Positions 10,738 through 20,784 of a stretch of 64,000 bases of DNA are shown one piece after another. The stretch covers positions 141,422,001 through 141,486,000 of the forward strand of contig JBMRGM010000035.1 of the NCBI GenBank assembly GCA_052327205.1, read 5' to 3'. Positions within the stretch are counted from its first letter, which is position 1. Every line of letters starts with the position of its first letter. The notes under the pieces were generated by a model. It was not told where the DNA came from. It made no database searches and was given only the letters and a program-made list of their open reading frames with translations. Both the position numbers and the translations under genes were made by a program. This DNA comes from Somniosus microcephalus (taxonomy: Eukaryota).

Positions 10738-12711
10738 TCACCAAACAGCATACATCACTACTTTATCAAGGTCATGTACATTTCTTCCATTTCTTTCTTT
10801 CTTTTTTTGTTTTCTACGTTTTTTACAGGCGGCACATGCTGCTATTCCTAGTCCTATTGCTAAAGCCAATTGTTCTATCACTAATATGTGAGAAGTAATG
10901 CGGATCCATGGGTGGATGTTGACATTCATCCCCCAATCCCACAGCTTCTCATACCATGGGACTTCCTGTAGTTCTACTTCTATGTCCCTTTCTAGTTCCC
11001 CAAAGTTCCTTTGCAACATTACGTATTGTTTCACCATTTTACTTAAGCCCTCTTTTATTTCTTGCAGATCCACCTGCAGGCGGGGTATCGGAGCCCCCCA
11101 CCGGATCTTCATAATTGACCAATTCGTCCATTAAACTATCTGGCACATTTAGTCTCATTTCCTCCCTTAACTGTACATACACCAATCTGGTGTGTCCAAT
11201 TGTCACAGAGATCTTTGGTGCGAAGCAGAAGTTAGGCATTGCGATTACACATACAAGGTTACTATATTGGTACTCAGCCTCTGTGGTGGCCATACAATAC
11301 TCCCCTCTGCCTCTATATCCCGAGCGGGTGTGATGGTGATCGACATGTGATAATTCCAACATGCACCCCTCTGTCTTATTATAGCCGCACTCATCCTTAG
11401 GGCCTTCTCCTACCGGATGTGGGCATATCGTAAGCGTACCTTTCCCATGGCATCCATTTAGGGAGACTCCTCTTATAGTACCATTCTTCCTGATGGCATA
11501 GGTATCAATTGGATAGTATCGGAGATATGTCTCACCCCTCACTATGCCTGTGTTTGTTACCTGGTACTGTGGGTATGGAGTCGTGTCCAGTCTCACCATT
11601 GGTATCATGAGTACCATGCCTATCATTGCTGTCACTTCTGCTTTGCATTTTTGTATCACTGGATATACTCTGGTCATCCCCTCTGGCACCTCACCTCATT
11701 GTATATGTGCCAGATTGTGTTTTAACTGTCTGGTGGTCCATTGGCCATAGGCATGACACAAGCCTCTCCCTACCCCATCTTTTGCCTGTTCCTCATCTCT
11801 ATGGTTTAGTTTGTTGATAGTGCTAGCATGGTCTTCTATAACTTTGATTCCCTCGAGTAATGTTCTTATCTTATGTTCTCCCAACTCTGATTCTTGTTGA
11901 ACCAAACCAGTTTCTTTCTCTAAAATCTGTTGTATTACCCTTTGTAATTGTTCCACACTACTCTGGACTCCTTGTATATCTAGGGCATTAATGAATGACA
12001 TCCCCGTATTTATTCCCGTGAGTTCATCGTTTCCTAAGCCCCTCTTAATTCTTTGGTGTAATGCAGCATGTCCCCTGAAACTACTAGCCCCGGTTACATC
12101 AGCAGCCTGGTTAATTACATTCCTTATCATATATGCATACAACTCTCTAGTCTTAGTAAATCTTTCACAATATCCTGGCCATTGTAACATGGTTAAGTTC
12201 ATTAGTACCGGTACAATTTTGTGTCTCACATTATCATACAATTGTTCCCCCTCGGTAAATAACACCAGTCCATTTTCGGGCCCAGGCGTGAATTTCGGAC
12301 ACCTTCGTTCTTCAGGTGTTGGTTCTAGGGTTACTCCTTGTGGTGTGCCCCTTGTTGTTGTTGGTTGCGGTGTTGTAACGGCGTGTACAATCGTCCATCT
12401 TATGATATCATCCGTGCAGCTCAGGACATATCCTCCCCCTACTTGACCCAACACCTGCCAGTGTCTATTACATCTTACCATATCGCTGGTATCTGTCATT
12501 CTGCAGGGTCCGCATGGTCATTGATCCAAGTTCACCCAGATACCGTTACACCTGTAACATCCTTTTCCTTGTTTTTCACACTTGTAACTTTGTGATATAA
12601 TGAAGTTCCTCGTGGAGTCTCCACTAGGGGATCTTAACTTGCAGTCCTTTTCTTCCAGCTTATAAGTGTTGTCATCAGAGTAGTTATAATGATCCATCTC
12701 ACTGGATCCAT
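10738..12711 (-). pseudogene. Envelope glycoprotein pseudogene (class I fusion protein, F-protein-like layout)
   Basis: Signal-like MDPVRWIIITTLMTTLISW from the ATG at 12711, preceded by a ..ttacag acceptor. Furin site RIKR, heptad region, Cys-rich ectodomain, WYEKLWDW membrane-proximal segment, TM helix and KKRRK tail. Several stops (e.g. 11696-11698) and a frameshift near 11100. Confidence 0.8.
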
Positions 12712-13065
12712 GTTTATCTGTAATTTAAACAGAGGTCTGGTCGTCTTCCGAGCTCTTTCCCCTAGAGGAGAGGGTGAATGGGGATCTTTAGTGTTAAATG
12801 GTTTCACCTGGGTCCAGTGCTTCTATGGCATAGCCGCCAGTTCCTGTGGACAAACACACGTATCACTTGTCATTAATACAGTATATGGCCCCATCCAACA
12901 GGGTTCCATTCCCTTTCTTCCGATAACTTGCGTCATTACTTGTTGACCTATTTTGGGCAGCTCATTTCGTTTGAGTCCAGGATTTTGTATTTCTAGATCT
13001 TTAATCTGTTGCTGGTTCCTCACTTCTTTATTTAGTGCTTGTACCTTCTGATTTAGTTGTTCTAA

Positions 13066-13832
13066 CTATAAATACTGTGACTACAACAGCAGGTCAGAGG
13101 CTAGGTATTCTGCGGCAAGTGTCTCACCTCCTGACCCCCCAAAGCCATTCTACCATCTACATAATCATAATCATAATCATAATCAACTTTATTGTCATTG
13201 TTAGTGCACAAGTGCAGTACAACGAAATGTAGGCTTGCGGCTCCCGAGAGTGTACATTTAGATTAAGACATTTAAACATTCAACATACATTTGGCTTGTA
13301 ATACATTAACAAGTAAGGAGTGTGATGGAATACTCTCCACTTGCCTGGATGAGTGCAGCTCCAACAACACTCAAGAAGCTCAACACCATCCAGGACAAAG
13401 CAGCCTGCTTGATTGGGACCCCATCCACCACCTTAAACATTCACTCCCTCCACCACCAGTGTACAGTGGCTGCAGTGTGTATCATCTACAAGATGCACTG
13501 CAGCAACTCGCCAAGGCTTCTTCGGCAGCACCTCCCAAACCCGCGAGCTCTTCCACCTAGAAGGATAGCAGGCACATGGGAACACCACCACCTCCAAGTT
13601 CCCCTCCAAGTCACACACCATCCTGACTTGGAAATATATTGTCCAATCCTTCATCGTCGCTGGGTCAAAGTCCTGGAACTCCCTACCTAACAGCACTGTA
13701 GGAGTGCCATCACCACACGGACTGCAGCAGTTCAAGGCGGTAGCTCACCACCACCTTCTCAAGGGCAACTAGGGATGGACAATAAATGCTGGCCTTGCCA
13801 GCGATGCCCACATCCCATAAACGAATAAAAAA
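13066..13832 (+). mobile_element. LINE (CR1/L2 group) RT C-terminus and 3'UTR, with a small inserted LINE tail at about 13160-13308
   Basis: MEYSPLAWMSAAPTTLKKLNTIQDKAACLIG; same family as 31017-32035; ends in ...cgaataaaaaaa. Confidence 0.8.
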
Positions 13833-14239
13833 AACAAGCCACTGTGTTTTTAAAAAAAAAGTTTCCTCATCTTCCCTCCGGTTCTTTTGCCAATTATCTT
13901 CAATCTGTGACCTATGGTTACTGACCCTCCTGCCAGTGGAAACAGTTTCTCCTTATTTACTCTATCAAACCCCTCATAACCGCCATTAAATCTCTCCTTT
14001 ATTTCCCCTCGATCCCTGCATTTTTCCCCTTCAATCCCCCCCCACTTCCCCATAAGAATTGAATCCAAGACCTTTCAATTTGCCACAATGCTGCATCAGG
14101 ACATCTAAGGCCATCCTTTTTATAACGCGTGTATATTTGAGGTGATTGTCATTCGCCAGCAGATTTCCAGAATGGAGCAGCTTTTCTGAAGGCTGAGATG
14201 TGGGACCTTAAAGCGAGCAGTGTGGCAGAGCCCAGCAAA

Positions 14240-14525
14240 AGGGCGGCATAAACTTAGAATTAGAGCTCGGCCGTTCAGGGGTGATGTCAGGAAACACTTC
14301 TTCACACAAAGGGCAGTGGAAATCTGGAACTCTCTCCCCAAAAAGCTGTTGAGGCTGGGGGTCAATTGAAAATTTCAAAATTGAGATTGATAGATTTTTG
14401 TTAGGTAAGGGTATTGAGGGTTATGGAACTAAGGCGGGTAGATGGAGTTAAGATACTGATCAACAGTGATCTAATTGAATGGCAGAACAGGCTGGAGGGG
14501 CTGAATGGCCTCCTGTTCCTATGCT
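14240..14525 (+). mobile_element. CR1 3' end fragment
   Basis: HKLRIRARPFRGDVRKHFFTQRAVEIWNSLP-coding sequence followed by the CR1 3'UTR. Confidence 0.75.
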
Positions 14526-14572
14526 GACGGTTTTCTCCCCTCTGTTGAAAGTGTCTTCCCTTTGTTATGCAG

Positions 14573-14910
14573 GGCAGCAGCAGCAGCAGCGGGTGGTCAG
14601 TCCAGAGCAGGCTGTGGTCAGTCCGGAGCAGGCTGTGGTCAGTCCGGAGCAGGCTGTGGTCAGTCCGGAGCAGGCTGTGGTCAGTCCGGAGCAGGCTGTG
14701 GTCAGTCCGGAGCAGGCTGTGGTCAGTCCGGAGCCGGCTGTGGTCAGTCCGGAGCAGGCTGTGGTCAGTCCGGAGCCAGCCACACCCACGGAGCAGCTGC
14801 TGAATAAGACGCCAGTGCAGCTGAAGAAGGAGGCGATGAAGAAAGAGAAAATGGAGAAGTTCCTGCAGAAACAGGACAAGCTGAAGGAGCAGCAGCAGAA
14901 TCATCCGGAG
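14573..14910 (+). CDS. VARS1: VARS1-like internal exon (N-terminal linker/basic helix) with a VVSPEQA repeat expansion
   Basis: Acceptor ttccctttgttatgcag (AG at 14571-14572) and donor GAG|gtcagt (14911). KTPVQLKKEAMKKEKMEKFLQKQ resembles VARS1 [23 protein letters not shown] as I recall it. Confidence 0.65.
14593..14778 (+). repeat. Coding minisatellite, about 9 x 21 bp (gtggtcagtccggagcaggct)
   Basis: Near-perfect tandem units read directly; frame-preserving. Confidence 0.95.
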
Positions 14911-14960
14911 GTCAGTGTGGGATTGGGGGGGGGAGGGGGTGTCACTCTGGGGGTCAATGG

Positions 14961-15197
14961 TGTGGTGTATGTAACCTGTTCCACCTTAAGAGAACTACCT
15001 TAAGAGATGTACTACTTTCTCTTGGCTGCTGTATACTGTAGTACCGGTGGTGACCACACCGGTATATAAGCGTTGTGTAGTGATTTACTGGGCAGTTCAG
15101 CCCTGACCTCCGAATAGTAAAGACCTGTTAAAAGTTATTCTTGTGGTCTGTGTCCAGTGATTTATAATAAGCATAACTGGGACACACAGACTTAACA
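14961..15197 (+). repeat. 5' LTR of the Gypsy element
   Basis: Appears identical by eye to 20136-20372. Confidence 0.95.
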
Positions 15198-15928
15198 GTG
15201 GCGACGAGTCCGATCTTACCCTGCGGCAGTTTTACATCCAAGGCAGCTTCGTCCTCAGAACGGGCGTCGAGAAGAGGCATCCGCCCTCATCATTCTGCTG
15301 AGCACCATTGCACGGGAGGCATCGAGAACCCGGGTTAAAAAGAAAAATTCTGACCACGGAGCCCTCCATCAGCGACAGGCAGTGATCATCCCTTCTACCA
15401 CGGTGGTGGGTAAGCCGATCAGCGACACGAGCAGAAAGTCGGCTGCGTTGACTGTGGAGTGGGGGAGGGAAAACGGAGGAAAAAGGGCGGAGAACTCGAC
15501 CACGGCCGGTGAAAAGGGCCGGGCTGCAATCGAGGCTGAGAGGCGCAGCGACTGGGGCAGCTTAAGGCACGAGAGCCGCGGAGAACTCAAACGCAGCCGG
15601 TGTAAAGGACCGGGCTGCATGCGGAGCTGAGAGGCGCAACAGCAGGGGAAGCGTGAATGCCCACGGGAACTGCGGGGGAGTAAAAGCAGCGTCGGGGAAT
15701 TGAGAACCGCTGGGGAGGTGAGAAAGGCAGCAGCACGGCAATCGCCATTGCAGCCAGCGGGGGAAGAAGGCAAACGCGGGAATCCGCCATTGTAGTCGGC
15801 GGGGGAAGAAGACGAGCGCGGGAAAGACCGCCAAGTGCGGGAAGCCGCCATTTTAGTAGGCGGGGGAAGAAGACAAGCGCGGGAAGCCGCCATTTTGAGA
15901 AAGAGAAAAATTTAAAAAACTTGCAAGG

Positions 15929-18900
15929 ATGCCTAAACATGGGAACATTAATACCTTTGATAGCGATATCGAAGATTGGACCACGTATGTAGAACGCATG
16001 GAAGTTTATTGTAAAGCAAATAAGGTACCAGATGATGAGAAAGCACTAACCTTATTAAGCTCAGTGGGTGCGAAGACATACGAGCTATTGAAGCACCTTC
16101 TATCACCAGATAAACTGGCGGATCAGACTTTCGCGAATATTGTTACTGTCCTGAAAAATCATTTAAACCCCACGCCGCTGATGATAGCGGAACGATTTAA
16201 ATTTTACAGAAGAACGCAGCTGAAAGATGAAAGCAACGCTGAATTTTTAATTGAACTGCGTAAGCTATCAAAGTACTGTCAGTTTGGAACAGGACTAGCA
16301 GATGCGCTGAGAGATAAATTTGTGTGTGGATTGTTAAAAGAAGGAACACAAAAGCGACTGCTTGAGGAGAATGATCTTACGCTTGATAAAGCTGTCACTA
16401 TTGCAGCATCGCACGAAGCCGCAGCGAGAGGCACTGCGGAAATGCAGCTACGGTCACCGGAACTCAGCACCAATCAAATGGTCTTGGGTACAGTAAAATG
16501 TTATCATTGTGGAAAGACAACGCACGATCAGAACCAGTGCTGGTTCAAAAATCAGGAATGCAGAAAATGTGGCAGGCTTGGTCACATAGCTAAAGTATGC
16601 CGGTCAGGAAAGAAGACCAGCAACAAAAAGTCACCGCAGGACAAGTACAGAAAGGTACACAAGGTGACAGAGAACAGTTCGAACGAACAGATGTCAAATT
16701 CAGACTCCAGCAGTAATGAACTGGGTAGTCTAAGAGTACACAATGTTGGTAATGAAGCAGACCTCCAAACAATCTGGGTCGCACTTCAGATAGCAGGAGT
16801 CCAAGTGAAGATGGAATTGGACACTGGATCGGCATTGACGGTCATGAATAAGCAAGATTACAAAAGGTGATTCCCACATATTCCCCTACGGGATACGGAG
16901 ATTGTATTGAAAACATACACGGGGCAAAGAGTGTACCCCATCGGGAAGATAGAGGTAAAGGTGGTCCACAAGGGCAAAGAAAGCCGAGGAATGGACTTAT
17001 ATGTGCTACCTGAGGGAGGTCCACCACTACTGGGACGGGAGTGGATTAGGAAAATAAATATGGACTGGCATTCCTTAAAAGCACTAACGGTAGATTCCGG
17101 TAAAAAAGATGTCAAACCTAAACGATTGTCCAGAATATTGGACGATGCTAAAGAGGTGTTCCAACAGGGACTGGGAACACTGAGAGGAATTACGGCAAAC
17201 ATCAAGGTTGAAGAACATGCAAACCCGAAATTTTTCAAAGCCAGACCGGTACCTTATGCGATATGACCTGCTGTGGAAGCTGAGCTGGAAGGGCTAGAAC
17301 GCTCAGGAGTACTGTCTAAGGTAGACTGGAGTGAGTGGGCCATGCCCATTGTTCCCGTCATGAAGCGTTCATCGAGCAGCAAGCCGGGGGAACCGGGGAA
17401 GGTTCGCATCTGTGGAGATTTCAAGATCACTGTTAATCCGGTGCTTCACACGGTGCAGTATCCGCTTCCGCGGATTGAGGATATCTTCGCTTCGTTATCT
17501 GGCGGGAAACACTTCACCAAGATAGACCTGGCGCAGGCATACTTACAGATGGAAGTTGAGGAAGAGTCATGCCAGTATCTCACGATCAACACGCATAGAG
17601 GCTTGTACCGGTATAATAGACTGGTTTTTGGAGTGGCATCGGCTCCAGCAATTTGGCAGAGGGCCATGGAGCAGGTATTACAGGGAATTCCAGGCACACA
17701 ATGTTACCTGGACGATATTCTGATTACAGGAGATGATGACGAGGAACACCTTGCAAACTTGGAACTGGTGCTCACCAGATTGAAAGAATATGGACTTCGA
17801 GTAAATCACCAGAAATGTGAGTTCTTTCAGAAGCGGATCTCGTACTGTGGTCATGTCATTGACCAGGAGGGGCTTCATAAGTCTCCTGACAAGATCGAAG
17901 CTGTTGTGAAGGCTCCCGCTCTGGATAATGTATCCCAGTTGAGGTCGTTCCTAGGGTTGATTAACTATTACCATAAGTTTCTGCCAAATTTATCCACGGT
18001 GCAGCACCCGCTGAACGCTCTTTTGCAGAAGGGAGTACCATGGAAGTGGAGCGAGGACTGTAAGAGGGCCTTTCGCAAAAGCAAGGCATTGATCACCTCA
18101 GAGGAAGTGTTGGCTCACTTCAACCCAATGCTGCCTATTCGTTTGGCTTGTGATGCTTCTCCATATGGTATTGGGGCAGTACTCTCACACAAGTTGCCAA
18201 ATGGCCTGGAGAGGCCAGTTGCATTCGCATCCAGATCATTGACCTCCGCTGAGCGCAACTATGCTCAGATAGATAGGGAGGCTCTCAGCCTTGTGTGGGG
18301 AGTAAAGAAGTTTAATCATTACCTGCAGGGCCAAAAGTTTACGCTTCTGACAGACCACCAGCCATTGGTATCCATTTTTAACCCTAAGAAGGGTGTTTCG
18401 GTGATGACAGCACAGAGACTCCAGAGATGGTCCCTTTTCCTAGGGGCACATCAATATCAGATCGAATTCAAAGGTACAAAGCAGCATGGTAATGCTGATG
18501 GGCTGTCGCGCCTGCCACTACCTACAGAGGAGGAGGCACCGACGGTTGACCCTGTTGAGTTATTTCACGCGACCATCATCGAATGTTTACCAGTCACCAA
18601 TGCAAGTATTGAAAGAGAAACCAGGAACGACCCGACACTGTCCCGGGTCTACGAAGTGACAGTGAAGGGATGGCCAGCACATGGTGATCCACTGTTACCG
18701 GCATTCTCAGCAAGACGAGAACAGCTGTCCGTCTGTCAAGGAACATTGATGTATGGAACAAGGGTGATTATTCCTCCTAAGTTAAGAGAGAGAGTTCTAA
18801 AGGAACTGCATGAAGGTCATCTGGGGGGAGTCAAGATGAAAAGCCTTGCTAGGGCTTATGTGTGGTGGCCGGGTATCGACCAACAGATAGAGGATCTGAC

Positions 18901-19966
18901 GAAAAGCTGCTCAGGGTGCCAAAAAGTGCAAAATGCACCTCCGATTGCACCGCTGCATCCATGGGAATGGCCTTCAACCCCATGGCAACGTGTACATATT
19001 GACTTTGCTGGTCCATTCATGGACTCCATGTTTTTAATTGCGGTGGACGCACATTCTAAATGGCCAGAAGTGATTAAGATGACTACCACTACCTCGGAAA
19101 AGACGATCGCGGTGCTAAGAACAATATTTGCAAGAAATGGATTGCCAGAACAAATATGTTCAGACAACGGACCGCAGTTCGTGTCAGAAGAATTCCAGAA
19201 ATTCATGAAGAAGAATGGGGTGAAACACTATACCTCTGCCCCATATCATCCGGTTACAAACGGGTTGGCCGAGAGATTTGTACAAACGTTCAAAAAAGCA
19301 ATAAAGGCCATGAGCGAAGATCAGATTCCACTACAACACAAGGTGGACAAATTCCTACTGGCATATCGAAACGCCACTCATGCAGTGACAAACCAAAGTC
19401 CTGCCATGATGTTCTATAACAGGAGGTTGCGGTCCAGGTTGGACTTGTTAAAACCAAATGTGCGGAGGGAAGTTGAAAACAAACAGTTCCAGCATATAAA
19501 TAACAAGACCACTCGGAGTTTCGAAATAGAACAACCAGTGTTAGCCCGGGACTATAAAAACGAGAAATGGCAATCTGGAACAATTCGGGCCAGACAAGGA
19601 CCCCTGATGTACACGGTAGATATTGGTGAAAATGTAATACGGCGTCATGCTGACCAACTGGTAGAATCGAGAACAAGGGTCGAACCCAGGGTTACGGCAG
19701 AGACAACCGTGGAAGAAGTTAGTGAACCTGAAGCATCTACCTCAGAAGTGAATGTACCTGATGATGATGTCCAATCCATAAGAGATCAACTAGATGAGTC
19801 ACCCCAGCAACGAGAATCAGAGACCCCTGAAAGGCGTTATCCAACTCGAATCAGGAGGCCTCCTCAGAGACTGAATCACAGGAATCACAGGAACCCCACA
19901 GTGCAGATAGAGGCCATTTCGGCCCATCGAGCCTGCACCGACACATATCCCACCCTATCCCCGTAA
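15929..19966 (+). pseudogene. Gypsy gag-pol polyprotein (two CCHC knuckles, protease, RT, RNase H, integrase) with two in-frame TGA stops
   Basis: ORFs 15929-16870, 16907-17266 and 17273-19966 share one frame. Motifs: CYHCGKTTHDQNQC, CRKCGRLGHIAKVC, LDTGS, YLDD, CDASPYG, HIDFAGP, SDNGPQF, NGLAER. Confidence 0.93.
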
Positions 19967-20038
19967 CCCCACGTATGTAATCCCCCTAACACTAAGGGTC
20001 AATTTATCATAGCCAATCAACCTAACCCGCACATCTTT
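19876..20038 (-). mobile_element. 5'-truncated V-SINE/HE1-like SINE inserted at the end of Gypsy pol
   Basis: ggccatttcggcccatcgagcctgcacc (CR1-type tail) and gggtcaatttatcatagccaatcaacctaacccgcacatctttg (V-domain-like); tandem tail aatcacagg; short tgaa duplication at the flanks. Confidence 0.6.
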
Positions 20039-20135
20039 GAACTGTTTTGCATGAAGTTGTATATATATATATATATCTATATGTTATTATGTTATGTTAA
20101 ATGGGGATATAACTGTTAAGCTAAAAAGGGAGGAT

Positions 20136-20372
20136 TGTGGTGTATGTAACCTGTTCCACCTTAAGAGAACTACCTTAAGAGATGTACTACTTTCTCTTGG
20201 CTGCTGTATACTGTAGTACCGGTGGTGACCACACCGGTATATAAGCGTTGTGTAGTGATTTACTGGGCAGTTCAGCCCTGACCTCCGAATAGTAAAGACC
20301 TGTTAAAAGTTATTCTTGTGGTCTGTGTCCAGTGATTTATAATAAGCATAACTGGGACACACAGACTTAACA
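20136..20372 (+). repeat. 3' LTR of the Gypsy element
   Basis: Follows the PPT; TG...CA termini; followed by the TSD AATGG. Confidence 0.95.
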
Positions 20373-20784
20373 AATGGGAGTTCAGTGTGTGGTGGGTCAA
20401 CAGGAGGTCACTCTGGGGTGGTCTGCGGGAAGTAACTCTGGGGTGGTCTGCGGGAGGTCACTCTGGGGTGGGTCGACGGGATCTGCAGAGGAGATTTACC
20501 AGAATGGTTTCGGGGATGGGGGATTTTAGGTACAGTTTAGTATCAGTTTAGTGTTCCCGATCATTTTAGTGATTCATTTGTTCTCATCCTTTCCATAGCT
20601 AAGGTCATCTCCAAGATGCCCAGTTTCCTCCTTTGTTCCAAACATTCCCTCAAAAAATTCTTGATTCTATGAGGTTCAATTCCACCCAACACTGTCCTCA
20701 TGTCTGGGGTAGGTTTCAACCACCTCTCGCACTCTCCCAAACAGAGTACAAGAAGAAAGATGGTGTCTATTTAGCTGTTCCTTC

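Larger units (their letters stand above)
9926..13030 (-). mobile_element. Endogenous retrovirus-like remnant: integrase C-terminus, env, PPT and 3' LTR
   Basis: Integrase GPY/F tail (WMGPYTVLMTSDT..KHWTQVK, about 12795-13023), env pseudogene, polypurine tract AAAAGAGGGGAC (10419-10430, minus) and LTR in the expected order. Confidence 0.85.
14961..20372 (+). mobile_element. Full-length Ty3/Gypsy LTR retrotransposon (Mag-like)
   Basis: 237-bp TG..CA LTRs at 14961-15197 and 20136-20372; 5-bp TSD AATGG (14956-14960 and 20373-20377); PBS TGGCGACGAG (tRNA-Ser type); PPT AAAAAGGGAGGA; gag-pol between the LTRs. Confidence 0.97.

Noticed and set aside
14159-14242. Possible extra exon (..DFQNGAAFLKAEMWDLKASSVAEPSK) upstream of the VARS1-like exon
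   Set aside because: The frame is open after a weak acceptor, but there is no donor (it runs into a CR1 fragment) and no recognisable homology.
16868-17266. Programmed read-through or selenocysteine at the two gag-pol TGA codons
   Set aside because: Both fall inside or just after the protease region, at positions compatible with CGA-to-TGA decay, not at a gag/pol boundary.
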